Source: Rebecca billardiae RCC1528 (lineage: Eukaryota > Protista > Haptophyta). From it: a stretch of DNA of 64,000 nt. The notes beneath the pieces are model-generated. The model searched no databases. It saw only the letters and a program-made list of their open reading frames with translations, and was not told the DNA's origin. The first letter of the stretch is position 1; each line of letters opens with the position of its first letter. Of this stretch, positions 11,061 to 21,325 are shown in pieces. The stretch spans positions 1,426,001-1,490,000 of the forward strand of contig OZ251231.1 of NCBI GenBank assembly GCA_965240325.2, read 5' to 3'. The position numbers and the translations under genes were made by a program.

Positions 11061-11696
11061 ATGGCGGCGTCTCACGCGGCCGAGCTGCTGGGCCCAATTC
11101 GGCACCTGGCGGCGCTGCCCGAGGACAAGCGCTCCGAGGCGGTGCACGCGATCGTCGACGAGGCTCGAGGTCTCGTGCGCGACTTTGGCGACACGCTGCT
11201 CGGCGACGAAGCCTATGACCGCGGCTCTCGTGCGCACGCCATCGTGCTGGCTGTCAAGTATCTGATCCACCGCTGCGTCGGGCACGGGGTCGACGAGGCT
11301 GAGCTCGCCGAGGAGCTCGTCGCGTCTGGCAGCGTCGAGGCCGAGCCCGCGTCCCGCCTCGCGCGCGAAATAGCCTCCGCCGCCCGCGCGCACCTCGTCG
11401 AGCTGCGCGCGCGCACCGCGGAGGCGACCGCTCGCATCTCCGGCGCGACTCTGGTGGACTTGGACTGGCGGCTGCACATGGTGCTCGCGACGAGCAAGCT
11501 CGCGCGCGCGCACGAGCCGGTCGTGCTGCTCACGCTTCACCTCGACGAGCCGGTCGGCGGGCGGCGCCGCGCTCGCTCGGTGCTCGTCGAGCTGACAGCC
11601 GACGCCCTTGACGAGCTGCTCGGCAGGCTAGGAGAGGCGAGCGCGGCCGTCGACGGCGCGCTCGCGTGGCAGGAGCGGCGCGGCGCGACGCGGTGA
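11061..11696 (+). CDS. COMM domain-containing protein (COMMD family; paralogue not assignable)
   Basis: A C-terminal COMM signature (LVDLDWRLHMVLATS....EPVVLLTL.....VELT...LDELL) follows a helical N-terminal domain. The in-frame ATG at 11061 gives about 211 aa, a typical size. Confidence 0.85.
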   Translation: MAASHAAELLGPIRHLAALPEDKRSEAVHAIVDEARGLVRDFGDTLLGDEAYDRGSRAHAIVLAVKYLIHRCVGHGVDEAELAEELVASGSVEAEPASRLAREIASAARAHLVELRARTAEATARISGATLVDLDWRLHMVLATSKLARAHEPVVLLTLHLDEPVGGRRRARSVLVELTADALDELLGRLGEASAAVDGALAWQERRGATR

Positions 11697-12249
11697 CAGC
11701 GGCGCGCGACGTGTGCGCAGCCCCACGCGCATGGCTGCCGCCGCACTGACGAGCACATCGGCACGCATGCAGCACGCGTCAGCTCCACCAATGGGCTGGT
11801 CCGGGGCCCCATTCACCAGCAGCCTGGCGCCGCCGCGGTCAAGACTCGACCAGAAGCGTAGTAGTCCAAAACCTTCGAGATGGCGGCATTCTCGCACGGC
11901 GTCTTTGCGACGTCGACTGCCAGGCTCGCTCACGGTCGATAGTGCAGTGCGACCGGCGACGAGAACGAACGTGACTGTGAGCTACAAGGCTGCGCGCTCA
12001 GTGCGGCATGCGCAGCATGCGGCCCGAGCTGCCACAGTGTGACTGTGTGCAGTGTGGGGATCACTGACACTCGCAACCGCATTTGCGCCTTCGAACCGCC
12101 GCATGCGGCCGTCGGGCCGCCCGCAACGGCCGCAATCTGAACTCGTCCGAGATTATTCGACGAGAACCACGCTGCGGGCGCCGGGCGACGAAGCACGTTA
12201 GCACGCCCGCATGATCACGCATGCCGACATGGCGCGGCATGACCTTCCG

Positions 12250-13440
12250 CCCTCAGTCACCCGGACGCCGAAGAGTCCGGCGGAGAGTGAATAATCTTCG
12301 CGGCGCCACCGGTCTGATCATCACCCGGAGCCCGTAATTATGACGCACGCCCCCCCCCCCCACCCCCCCCCCACCCCCCCCCCGAAAGGTCTGCTGAGCG
12401 TAAGCGAAAGCCGGGGAGGGGGGCGGCGCACGTGCTCCGCAAATAAATAAAAAAGAGGATCGATCGTCGATGCGCAGGATTTTGGCGGGGATATTGTAGG
12501 TGATGGATTTAGGCGACGATGAAAGTATAATAAGCCGAAGCGCATTCAAGTGGCGGATTGGACTGCCCTTGATGACGGTTCAGTGATTGCGTTCGTGTCA
12601 CTATTTGATTCCCAGGCCTGCTCGTATTACTACGGTATTAATTTATTTTTGTCATGTCGTACCATGGGTACAAATAGTCTGACCATTCCCTCGCCGAATA
12701 GCAACAAATAGCTGTTGGCCTTCCTGGCCCAATGCGGGTGGCATTCGAGGCATTCGACACCTAGCTCTATCTGCGAGGATTAGCAGCTCTGACGCGAAAG
12801 CTGTTATCCTGCTTTTAGCGAATCGTGCCCTCTTGCCTGCCCACGGTATCGTGTATTGAGAACTGCTATACGAGTTTGGGGCGCGTATGTGCGTTCCTAC
12901 GGGATCTGGCTTTATTTTTCCGCTTTGTATTCGGGCGATCCGTAGTAGTAGGTGAATAGTCAGCACCCTCCGTATTGGGCATTGGCCCGTCGTCTCGCGG
13001 CGTTTTGTAAGTGCCATCTGCGCGTAAGATACTACTATCTGAGAAATGGAGTCAGAGAATTGCTGTTAGGGTGGGTATTCATGTGCAGTATACCCATGAT
13101 ACCCTTATCTCACATCTGGTGTGTCAGAATGTGTTACAAGAAACACTTCGCCGATCCCGGCCGATCCTTCAGGAGCGCCGGTACCGTAAGGGCTGGATCA
13201 GTACGGCGGCCGGATGATCGAGGTGACGAGAAATAAAGGGCGGGGTTGACCCGCCGCGCAATATACGCGACGACTCTATTCACCATATATTGGCGCGCGC
13301 GCGTCGATCGATATCAATATATTATCATATATGATGCTGATCGCCGATGAATCGATATGTCGAGTACTGTAATGACCGCATATCGTCGACTTATCGTCCG
13401 ATATGACTCGGCAATCGGTATGCTGATGATTCAAATTTCA
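12250..13440. other. Low-GC non-coding island with poly-C tracts, possible mobile-element remnant
   Basis: GC drops abruptly relative to the flanks, stops occur in all frames, and C-runs lie at about 12350-12383. No RT or transposase motif was recognised. Confidence 0.4.
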
Positions 13441-13547
13441 ATGATGGGCACCGCAGCTACTGCCGCTGGGGGCGCACGTGTCGCCTCTACGACTGTCCTT
13501 ATTCGTCGCTGCGGCCCGCCCATCTCCGCCGCCAGCCGTGCAGCTCG

Positions 13548-15711
13548 TCAGCGGCTGCGGCTGCACTCGTGCTCGCGCGCGTCGAGCGGGCAGCAGTACG
13601 TCGTCGTCTCGCAGCAGCTGAGGTCACTCTGCGCGTCGAGCGAGAAGTTGGTCGCCGCCTGGCACACGTTGGCGCCCGTAAGTCCCAGCCTGGCGCGGAC
13701 GGGCGCGCGCGCGTGAGCCGCGGTAGTGCACTCGGACGGCGGTTGAGGCGCTCCGGCGCTGTGCGCGCGCCCGCATGCGACCCGCCGTGGGCGCGCGCGC
13801 GCGCCAGCGCGGGCGAGCGCGCGCGCACCCCTGAGGGAGCAGCTCGTACAGCGGGTTCGCCATCGCCGCGCCGCCCGCGCACGGCTCCCCGGCGTACGCA
13901 CCGCCCACCATCCGCACGAGGTCGAGCTCGGGCAGCAGCTGCTGCGCGCTCGCCGGCAGCTCGGCCAGGCTGTCGGCGTCGGCGACGCGCCACTCGGCTG
14001 CGGGGTTCGGGGCGTAGCGCTGCGCGGCGGGCGCGGCGGCGCGCGGCAGCGCGGGGAGCAGCGCCTCCCACTCCGTCCCGCGGTCGAGCTGCACGAGCAG
14101 CAGCTGCGCAAGGCACGGCACGTAACGGCCGTCGAGGGCATGCACCGCGTCCGCGGCGCGCCGCTCGGTGCGGCCGGCGTCGCGCAGCGTGCGCCTCAGC
14201 TCGTAGACCGGGCGCTCCTCGGCGCGCCAGCCGGCGCGGGTGAGGTCGAAGCTGAAGGCGAGGGCGTGCGCGAACGCGGCGTGCGCCGCCGCCGGCAGCT
14301 CCGCCTTGAGCTGCACCCCGTACCTGCAGAGCACCACCAGCTCGTACGCGCTCCACGCGCTGCCGATCAGCCCCGGGCGCAGCGCGGGCGCGCGGCGCGC
14401 GGCGAGCGGGGTCAGTGCCTCGATCAGAGCCACGAGCTGGTTGGGCGGCGGCGCTGGGAGGCGGTGCACGTAGCGGGGCGAGAGCACGCGCGTGTACGCC
14501 TCGACGACGCGCTCGCCCACGCCGTCCCCGGCCGCCACGCCGGCGCTCATCCACACCGTCGTCTGCGCGCCCGCTCTCTCGAGGCTCCCGACGACGAGCC
14601 GACGAACCGAGTCGGCCGCGACCTCGGCCGAGCGGATGAGCGGCTCGCGCGCAGCGCGCGCGGCGGCGCCGGCGCGCGCGTCGAGGCCGTCGCACCCGCC
14701 CACGTCCGCCGCGCTCGGCAGCGCGCCGTACAGCACGACCGCCGCGGTGCGCGGCCTGCCGGTGCTCGCGTTCCGCAGGCCCTGCCGCTGCGCCTGCAGC
14801 CGCGTCGGCATCGGGCTGTCGTGCCTCAGCCGGTCAAGCCGCGCGCGCAGGAGGCACGCTCGCTCGACGCGGCGCGCGCGGAGGGTGGTCGGCGCGCCGT
14901 TCTGCCGCGCCTCGTCCACGCACACGTCCTCCACGCTCCCGTCGCCGCGGCGGTGCCGATCCACCTCGTAGTCCAGCAGGTGCCCCTCCGGCAGGCCGAG
15001 CGATCGCTCGACTCCGCCCATGGCGTCCTCCGCGGCCGCGGTCGCGTCGATGGCGAGCGGCGGCAGCGTGTCGTGGTGGTGGTGGCCGGCGGGGGCGCGG
15101 ATGCCGCTCACGCGCGGCGTGGGCGTGCACGGCGGCAGCGACCACGCCTCGAGCTGCGCGCGGAACGGCGTGTGCGGCCACACGGCGTGCAGCCGCCGCG
15201 CCGCGCCCGACGCTCGCAGCCTCGCCTCAAAGTCGTACCGGCTGGGGCAGAGGTGCAGCCACTGGGCGTACGGCGCGACGGCGGTGGGCGGCGTGTGCGA
15301 GCACCGCTCCGACGGCGGCGCGGGCGTCGTGTCCGTCATCGCGCTGTACGCCTCGCGCACCGGCGCGCCGCGGCAGAACGCGCGCGCGCCTCGCAGCACG
15401 CCGTAGCACCCGCCCGCCCACTCGGTCTCGGAGCGCTTCGAGAACCAGGTGATGCACTGGTACTGCTCGATGGCCTGCCGCGTCACCAGCCACGCCGTGC
15501 ACTTGAACATGTTGGCGAAGTCGCCCAGGTACTTTACGGAGGCGGTCGAGACGCGCGGCCGCGTCGCGAGGCCGTACACGTCGCTCTCGTCGCGCCGCCA
15601 CTCGAGGCGGCCGCCAGGCCCGTCACTCTGCGACCACGTCGCGCGCGTCAAGCACACGAGCAGGAGGACGGCCGCGCGCGGCGCGCAGGCGCGCCAGCCG
15701 CCCGGTCGCAT
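13548..15711 (-). CDS. Secreted or signal-anchored protein of unknown function, 2 exons (15711-13829, 13689-13548)
   Basis: ATG 15711 starts MRPGGWRACAPRAAVLLLVCLTRATWS. A predicted intron at 13828-13690 (GTGCGC...CAG) joins YELLPQG to LGLTGANVCQAATNFS...CCETTTYCCP...HEC*, giving a Cys-rich C-terminus. Confidence 0.6.
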
Positions 15712-16009
15712 CGCGCCGACGACGGCCGTGGACGACCGCTCCGCGCTGCTCTGCGTGCGCGAGCGCGTGGCACTCCTGCGGGCACGCGGCGGGGAGGTGT
15801 CGTCGTGGAGCCGCTGGACGCCTTCTGGAGCCACCGGAGCTGCAGCCGTTCGCCGAATCACTGAAGAGCACTGAGCAGATATGAAGGCGAAGTATGCCAT
15901 TTAAAAGCAGTCTTTAAGGCCAACGCGCTCCGACATCCTCCATTAAAATTAGTACAGTAGTCGCGATGACAACCGGTGATCACTCGTCGCGACAGTCTCA
16001 TCACTCACA

Positions 16010-17674
16010 TCACTGACCACCCGTCGTGGGTCCCGGCAAACGCCGAGTGTGCCGGAGGTCCCTGGCAGGGGCCCGCCGCTCTGGCGCTCCGGGCAGCGCG
16101 TGCGTCGCCGCGACGCGCTGCGGCGCGCTCACCGGCCTGTGGCGCGACGGCCGCCAGGGCACAGCCGCGCCGACAATATCTGTGCGCGTGGCGCGAGCGT
16201 CGCCAGTGCACGTGGTGGCAGCGACGCTGCTGTCGTTGGGCGTAGCGCCCGCAAGCTCCTTGCCCGGCACCCCGCCGTCCCTCAGCCCGAGCCTGCGCTC
16301 CAGCCGCTCACGTGCGTCTGCCGGCGCGCCAAGCAGCGCAGAGTCCGCGGTGCAGACCACCCACTGCGCCGCGCCCGGCGCGGGCCGCGCGCCCGGCGCG
16401 CGGCCCTGCTCGCGCGGCGGCAGGTGCGAGTCGTGCGCCGCGCGCGGCACCAGCGCGCGGCTACCCTCGAGAGGGTGCCACGCCGGGTCCTCCGCGGCGA
16501 AGAGCGGCGGCTCGGCGCCGTGCGAGGTGCGCACGCGCTCGGGCGCGCGGCTGTGCACGCCCGCGAACCCCTCGGCCGCGCTGCCGGCCGCGCCGCGCAG
16601 CTGCGGCACGGTCGAGAGCAGCGCGCCCGACGCGATGTGCCGAACAAGAACCGGCGCGTGCGCACGCACGGGACGAGCGCGCTCGGGGCGCGCGCCTCCG
16701 GTACCCCGAGCCCTCGGCGGCGGCGCGCCGCCGGGCGTGCGCCACAGGCCCGGCGACGGGCCGGCCGCCGCGGCTCGGGGCTGGTCGCGTGCGCGCGAGG
16801 CCGCGCCGCCCTCGCCCGGCTGTAGCGCGAGCAGCGCCGCCATCGCCGCCGACTGGTCTGTGGGCGAGAGCATCGCGTCCGCACGCTGAGCGCCGGCGAG
16901 CGCGGACGGCGGCGGGTGCGGCGCTGACGGTGCCTCCTCCAGCCGCCAGTGGCAGTGCGCGTCGGGCACGTCGACGGCCGAGACGACGAGCGAGGCGACG
17001 CGCCGCGCACCGTCCACGCCGTCCACGGCGGAGCGGTGGGCGTGCAGGTACAGCGTCGGGGCGTCGGGCGTGCGCGGCCGCGCGACGAGCAGCAGCGGTT
17101 GGGCGGTTGCGACAACATCCGTGCGGCTGGGCGCCGCGCCGGCAGGCCCCTCCCCGGCTGTTGGCATGGGCGTGCAGTCGGCGGGGTGGAGCACGAATGC
17201 CATGCGCGCGCATGCGAGCGGGGCCTCGCCCGCGCACACAGGCCACGCCCGACCGCCGCTCGGCTTGGGCGCGGGCCTGGCTGAACTCGAGAGCGCGAGC
17301 GCTGCGCTGCCATCCGCGCTCGCGAGAACGACCGCGTCGCCGAAGCGGACGCACCCGTCCGCGTGCGTGGGCGCCAGCTGCACGAGAGCAAGGTCCGCCT
17401 CCAGCTGCCGGAGCACGCCGAGGTGCTTCAGCTGCCCGCCCTCGCGCCGCCGCGCAAACTCTTGCGCCTCGGCTGCGCGCTCGAGAGCCTGGTGATGCCA
17501 GCTGCCGATCCGCGTCTCGGGCGCCCATGGACCGCCGCCGACGAGCTCGCGGCGCGCGTGGGTGTAGTACGCGCTCAGCTCAGTGATGCTCTTCTTCCTC
17601 TGCACGCTCGGCTGGCGCGGCGCGAGATTCGGCACCAGTCGTTGCTGCCCCCCGCGCGCGTCGTCCGCCATCAT
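16010..17674 (-). CDS. CFAP161-like cilia/flagella-associated protein (divergent)
   Basis: The blocks RIGSW...EFARRREGGQL...LVQLAPTHADGCVRFGDAVVL, ARMAFVL, LYLHA, HCHWRL and PVRAHAPVLVRH occur in the order I recall for the CFAP161/C15orf26 family. Confidence 0.65.
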   Translation of the reverse strand: MMADDARGGQQRLVPNLAPRQPSVQRKKSITELSAYYTHARRELVGGGPWAPETRIGSWHHQALERAAEAQEFARRREGGQLKHLGVLRQLEADLALVQLAPTHADGCVRFGDAVVLASADGSAALALSSSARPAPKPSGGRAWPVCAGEAPLACARMAFVLHPADCTPMPTAGEGPAGAAPSRTDVVATAQPLLLVARPRTPDAPTLYLHAHRSAVDGVDGARRVASLVVSAVDVPDAHCHWRLEEAPSAPHPPPSALAGAQRADAMLSPTDQSAAMAALLALQPGEGGAASRARDQPRAAAAGPSPGLWRTPGGAPPPRARGTGGARPERARPVRAHAPVLVRHIASGALLSTVPQLRGAAGSAAEGFAGVHSRAPERVRTSHGAEPPLFAAEDPAWHPLEGSRALVPRAAHDSHLPPREQGRAPGARPAPGAAQWVVCTADSALLGAPADARERLERRLGLRDGGVPGKELAGATPNDSSVAATTCTGDARATRTDIVGAAVPWRPSRHRPVSAPQRVAATHALPGAPERRAPARDLRHTRRLPGPTTGGQ

Positions 17675-17878
17675 CGTCCAGTTTTTGACGCGGACCGTTG
17701 CTGCTCACAGCCGTTCCGGTGCTCACGCGGACAACCGACAAACATCAACTGAAACAAGGGCCAGTTAGACTCAGTACAGTTTATTTATTGTTTTAACGTG
17801 CGTATAAGGCTCACGGTGGCAGGTTGCCGCGCCATCCTTCATTCAGCGCACGCTCTCCGAAGAGAGACCTGTAGGTCG

Positions 17879-18937
17879 CTATTTGCCGTATTTGGTCGCC
17901 GCGACGCGCTCGGCGCTGCTCACGAGAGCGCTGTGGTGTGCCTTGGCTATCATGGAGCGAAACATCTGCATCTGCTTCTGCAGCCTTGCAGCATCCCACG
18001 CGCAGACAGTCCGAACGCGCGTCAGCGGCTCGGTCACAGCACGCACGTGCTCACTGTGAGCTGCGAACATCGCGGCCAGCTTCGAGACGTTGGAAGCGGC
18101 CACGTCGTCAATGCTGTCAAACACGCTGAGGAGGCTCGCGATCTTCATGGAAGTTGCGGAGCGCAGGCAGCCAAGGAGATCAAAGTATGATGGCAAGCCA
18201 CCTCCAATAGCTTCCACAATGGACGGCTTGCAGACAGTATCTCCGCTCCCGAGCCAGCGCTCAGCCCTGCGGATAGCCCAGGCAGTCGGGTGCCGTTGCG
18301 TGAAAACGATCGACAGGCTTGGGATGGCTGCCAGGATCTCGTCCACCAGGTAGGAATATGGCGTGTCGGACAGCACCACAACGCCACTCGTGAGCACGTT
18401 CCGAAGCAGCTCCAACACTCGCGCTGCCGTGCGGGCCGGCGACGGACATGCGTGCCCAGCAGTCGGATTGGTGGCGCATGGGCGGAATTCGTGCTCAATG
18501 AAGCTCGCCATGTCTCCCACCGCTGCTCGTCCCCGGGGATTATTCCACATGTTGCACGTGCTGTTAAAATGGGCTGACGGCATGCCGGCTCGGCAGCCGG
18601 CACGGTGAATCATGCGAGTGGCGGTGGTGCCTTGCCCGACGCTCAGCACCCGCACAGTGATCGACTCACGCGGGAGATTCGCCCAGAATCGAGCGCTCGC
18701 CATGATCAGCTCAGGACTTCTGCGCCGCAGTGCCGGCCACGGCGCCCCGAGTGCCTCTTCGAATGCCCGCTGCTCGGTGTCGTCCCATGAGCAGTTGCTG
18801 GGCGCACATGGGCCTCTGGCCGGTGCAGCACCGAACGGATGGCCACACGCCCTGAGCTTCCAGTGCGGCGGTCGGTGGCCGACCGATCCGTGCACGCGCA
18901 GGATGAGAAGCAGCACCGCACGTGGCACCGGCGCCAT
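17879..18937 (-). CDS. Secretory-pathway sulfotransferase-like P-loop protein (Sulfotransfer_4-like)
   Basis: A signal or anchor MAPVPRAVLLLIL starts at ATG 18937. It has a 5'-PSB-like VLSVGQGTTATRMIH, then SDTPY, and a 3'-PB-like IVFTQRHPTAW..R. Confidence 0.65.
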   Translation of the reverse strand: MAPVPRAVLLLILRVHGSVGHRPPHWKLRACGHPFGAAPARGPCAPSNCSWDDTEQRAFEEALGAPWPALRRRSPELIMASARFWANLPRESITVRVLSVGQGTTATRMIHRAGCRAGMPSAHFNSTCNMWNNPRGRAAVGDMASFIEHEFRPCATNPTAGHACPSPARTAARVLELLRNVLTSGVVVLSDTPYSYLVDEILAAIPSLSIVFTQRHPTAWAIRRAERWLGSGDTVCKPSIVEAIGGGLPSYFDLLGCLRSATSMKIASLLSVFDSIDDVAASNVSKLAAMFAAHSEHVRAVTEPLTRVRTVCAWDAARLQKQMQMFRSMIAKAHHSALVSSAERVAATKYGK

Positions 18938-19022
18938 GCCGCCATCGTACAGTTTACTAAGAATAAGAGACGCACACAGCTCAGGCAGGCGATCGAGATT
19001 GACGCCCGCCAACTGTCACCTC

Positions 19023-19160
19023 ACAGTTTACTATGATTTAACGTGCACACTTGGTTAAGGCGTGATTAACGCCATCCAACACTGCACAAAGACACCGCCA
19101 CAAAACAGACCGGCGCAGGCAGGTGAGGGGCGCGTTGCCGCACCTCATCGAGGCGGCCAT
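19023..19160 (-). repeat. 138-bp inverted repeat, left copy
   Basis: The reverse complement matches 25162-25299 with 2 mismatches by manual alignment. Confidence 0.95.
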
Positions 19161-19296
19161 TGCAGCAAGCGGCCGCCCCGCGCTCGGAGGCACGCGCTCG
19201 AGAGCGCGCTCTGACACCACACGGGGAGGGTGCTGCACCTGGATGTATCATAGTTTGGCCGTCGGGCCGCCGGCGGTAGCCCGGCACGTCGGGTGA

Positions 19297-20262
19297 ATGG
19301 CGGCAGCCCGGCTCGTCGGCGTCGTTTTGCGTCTCTCTGCTCAACCGCACAACATCGGCTACCGCACAGCATCGGCCGCCGTGCTGCTGCTGTGCGCGCC
19401 AGCGATTGCGCTGCGCGATAAAGTGTTCTTTCTTGGGCCCGGCTCAACCAGCTCACGCACGCTCCACCGGTTTATGAAGAGCCCCGGGATGGGATACAGC
19501 TCAACTCACTACCGGTGCTTGAAGGACAGCGAGAGGAAAGGCCGGGAGTTCACAGAAAGCAAGCCACTTTGGGCGCATGACGCAAGAGACCATATCTCCG
19601 ATTCAGTCTGCTGGTCCCGTTTCAACGCCTTCTCAGACGCCGGCGAGCAGGCCGACTTTGAGTGGCTTGACGTGCACTTCGCGGATGCGCGCTTCGTGCT
19701 CAACACGCGGCCGCTGCTGCCCTTGCTCGTGAGCCGGCTTGACCACCACAGGCGTGATGCCAATAGTTCCACGCACTCGCTCGCGTGGCACGAGCTGCCT
19801 CTCCCTCCGGACACGACCGAGTGGATCGTACAGCTCGTCGTGGCGCTGGCGGCGCACCAGGAGCGGGTCCTGCGCTACTTCGGCGCGAGCTGGGAGCGCA
19901 TGCAGCGCTTCGTCGTCGTGTCCGTGCAGACCATGGACCCTTGCGAGGTGGGCGAGCTGCTGAGGTGGGTGACGCGGCCCGACTGGCGGGGCACCCGCAC
20001 GACGCGCGAGCTCGTGGACGACCCAGCCAAGCTGCCAGCGCCCGCCCCGCCGCTCAACTCGAGTGATCGACTGTGTCTCCCAACGAGGCACTTCGGCGAC
20101 GAGGGCGCGCATCCCGCGTCATCGCTGCACGCCGTGCTCTCCGTCGTGAAGGACGAGCTCGGGTGTGATGATCGAGCACTCCATCAGCTCATGTACCGGG
20201 GCTGTGCGCAGCACGGCCGGCTGTACGCAGCAAGGTTCATCAATGGCACCATCGTCGTCTGA
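19297..20262 (+). CDS. Sulfotransferase-like P-loop protein (Sulfotransfer_4-like), secreted/Golgi
   Basis: The N-terminus is hydrophobic. Motifs are KVFFLGPGSTSSRTLH (PSB-like), AFSD and F.WLD..F.DARFVLNTR......SR. Confidence 0.7.
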   Translation: MAAARLVGVVLRLSAQPHNIGYRTASAAVLLLCAPAIALRDKVFFLGPGSTSSRTLHRFMKSPGMGYSSTHYRCLKDSERKGREFTESKPLWAHDARDHISDSVCWSRFNAFSDAGEQADFEWLDVHFADARFVLNTRPLLPLLVSRLDHHRRDANSSTHSLAWHELPLPPDTTEWIVQLVVALAAHQERVLRYFGASWERMQRFVVVSVQTMDPCEVGELLRWVTRPDWRGTRTTRELVDDPAKLPAPAPPLNSSDRLCLPTRHFGDEGAHPASSLHAVLSVVKDELGCDDRALHQLMYRGCAQHGRLYAARFINGTIVV

Positions 20263-20651
20263 AGGGTGGTGCCACCACTGTGGACGCCCCGGAACACCCG
20301 CCTGTGCCACAGTCTGGCGTCGCGGCCAGACTCGCTGGCACTGAGAGCCGCTCAGATGACGCTCTGCTGTCTGCAGCCCACGACACCAGCAGTTCAAGTT
20401 CACGGTCGAGCCTCGGTGTCGTTCATCGTGATCGACACTTCCGCAGCAGACCGCAGACTGAATCGTCGGATAGAATCCGAGAGTCAGTCACGCGTATAAC
20501 TTGGGGGCGGGCCTAAGGCTATGTCGCACCGTCTGCTAGCTGCTATAACTTATAATAAGAGCGCGCATCATATATATATATATATATCAGTGACACTATA
20601 TGCTGACTCAGTGAGCTCGCGGACTCTTCCAGTGACTTATGCCTTATGGTG

Positions 20652-20689
20652 GGGCCCCGAGCAGACTCAGTGGGCCCCCGAGCAGACTC
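20652..20689. repeat. 21-bp tandem duplication (ggg(g/c)ccccgagcagactc) following a short (AT)n run
   Basis: Two copies are directly visible, with (TA)n at about 20570-20587. Confidence 0.7.
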
Positions 20690-21325
20690 TTCCAGCCACA
20701 TACATAGGCCGAGCCCATATCGCTGACCTCGATTTGACCCGCAGCGTACGCACAGGGCGTTCCCTGCCGCCATGGGGCCATGTACATCTCGCCCAACTGC
20801 TGCCAATAGACAATAGTGGCTTCTCTAATGGCCCCACGGAGTGCCGCCGACGTTCGCGAGCAGGCGCACACCTCCGAAACAGCCTCGGCGCGCGGTTTAA
20901 ACGACCGGACGCACGAGTGCGCGTCTGTCTCCGTTCGCCCTGACCACCTGGGCGGCCATTGGCGCACATGCCATGCCGCGCATCCACCGCATCTGCAGCT
21001 CGCGAGCCGGACCGCACGGTGCACGCTGGCCCGTGGCTCGAGCGTGAAGGGGAATGCGACGAGCCCATTAGGGGGCGGGCCAGGAGGCCGCCGCATGTGC
21101 TTTGACCACCCGTCATGCGCTCCGGACCGTGCTCGCTGTGCACGAGTCTCGAATCGGCCTCGCAACTTCACGAGCGGCAGCCATGAATGTTTTCGGTCGC
21201 AACTCGCGGTCCGGCGGCGGTCCTTGGTCCGGGCCACCTCTGCCTTCGTAGTCCGTCCGCTGTACAATACTCAATAGGGGGAAAGTGCATGCCTTGAATC
21301 CCTTGATGGGGCAAGGCCGTGGGGG

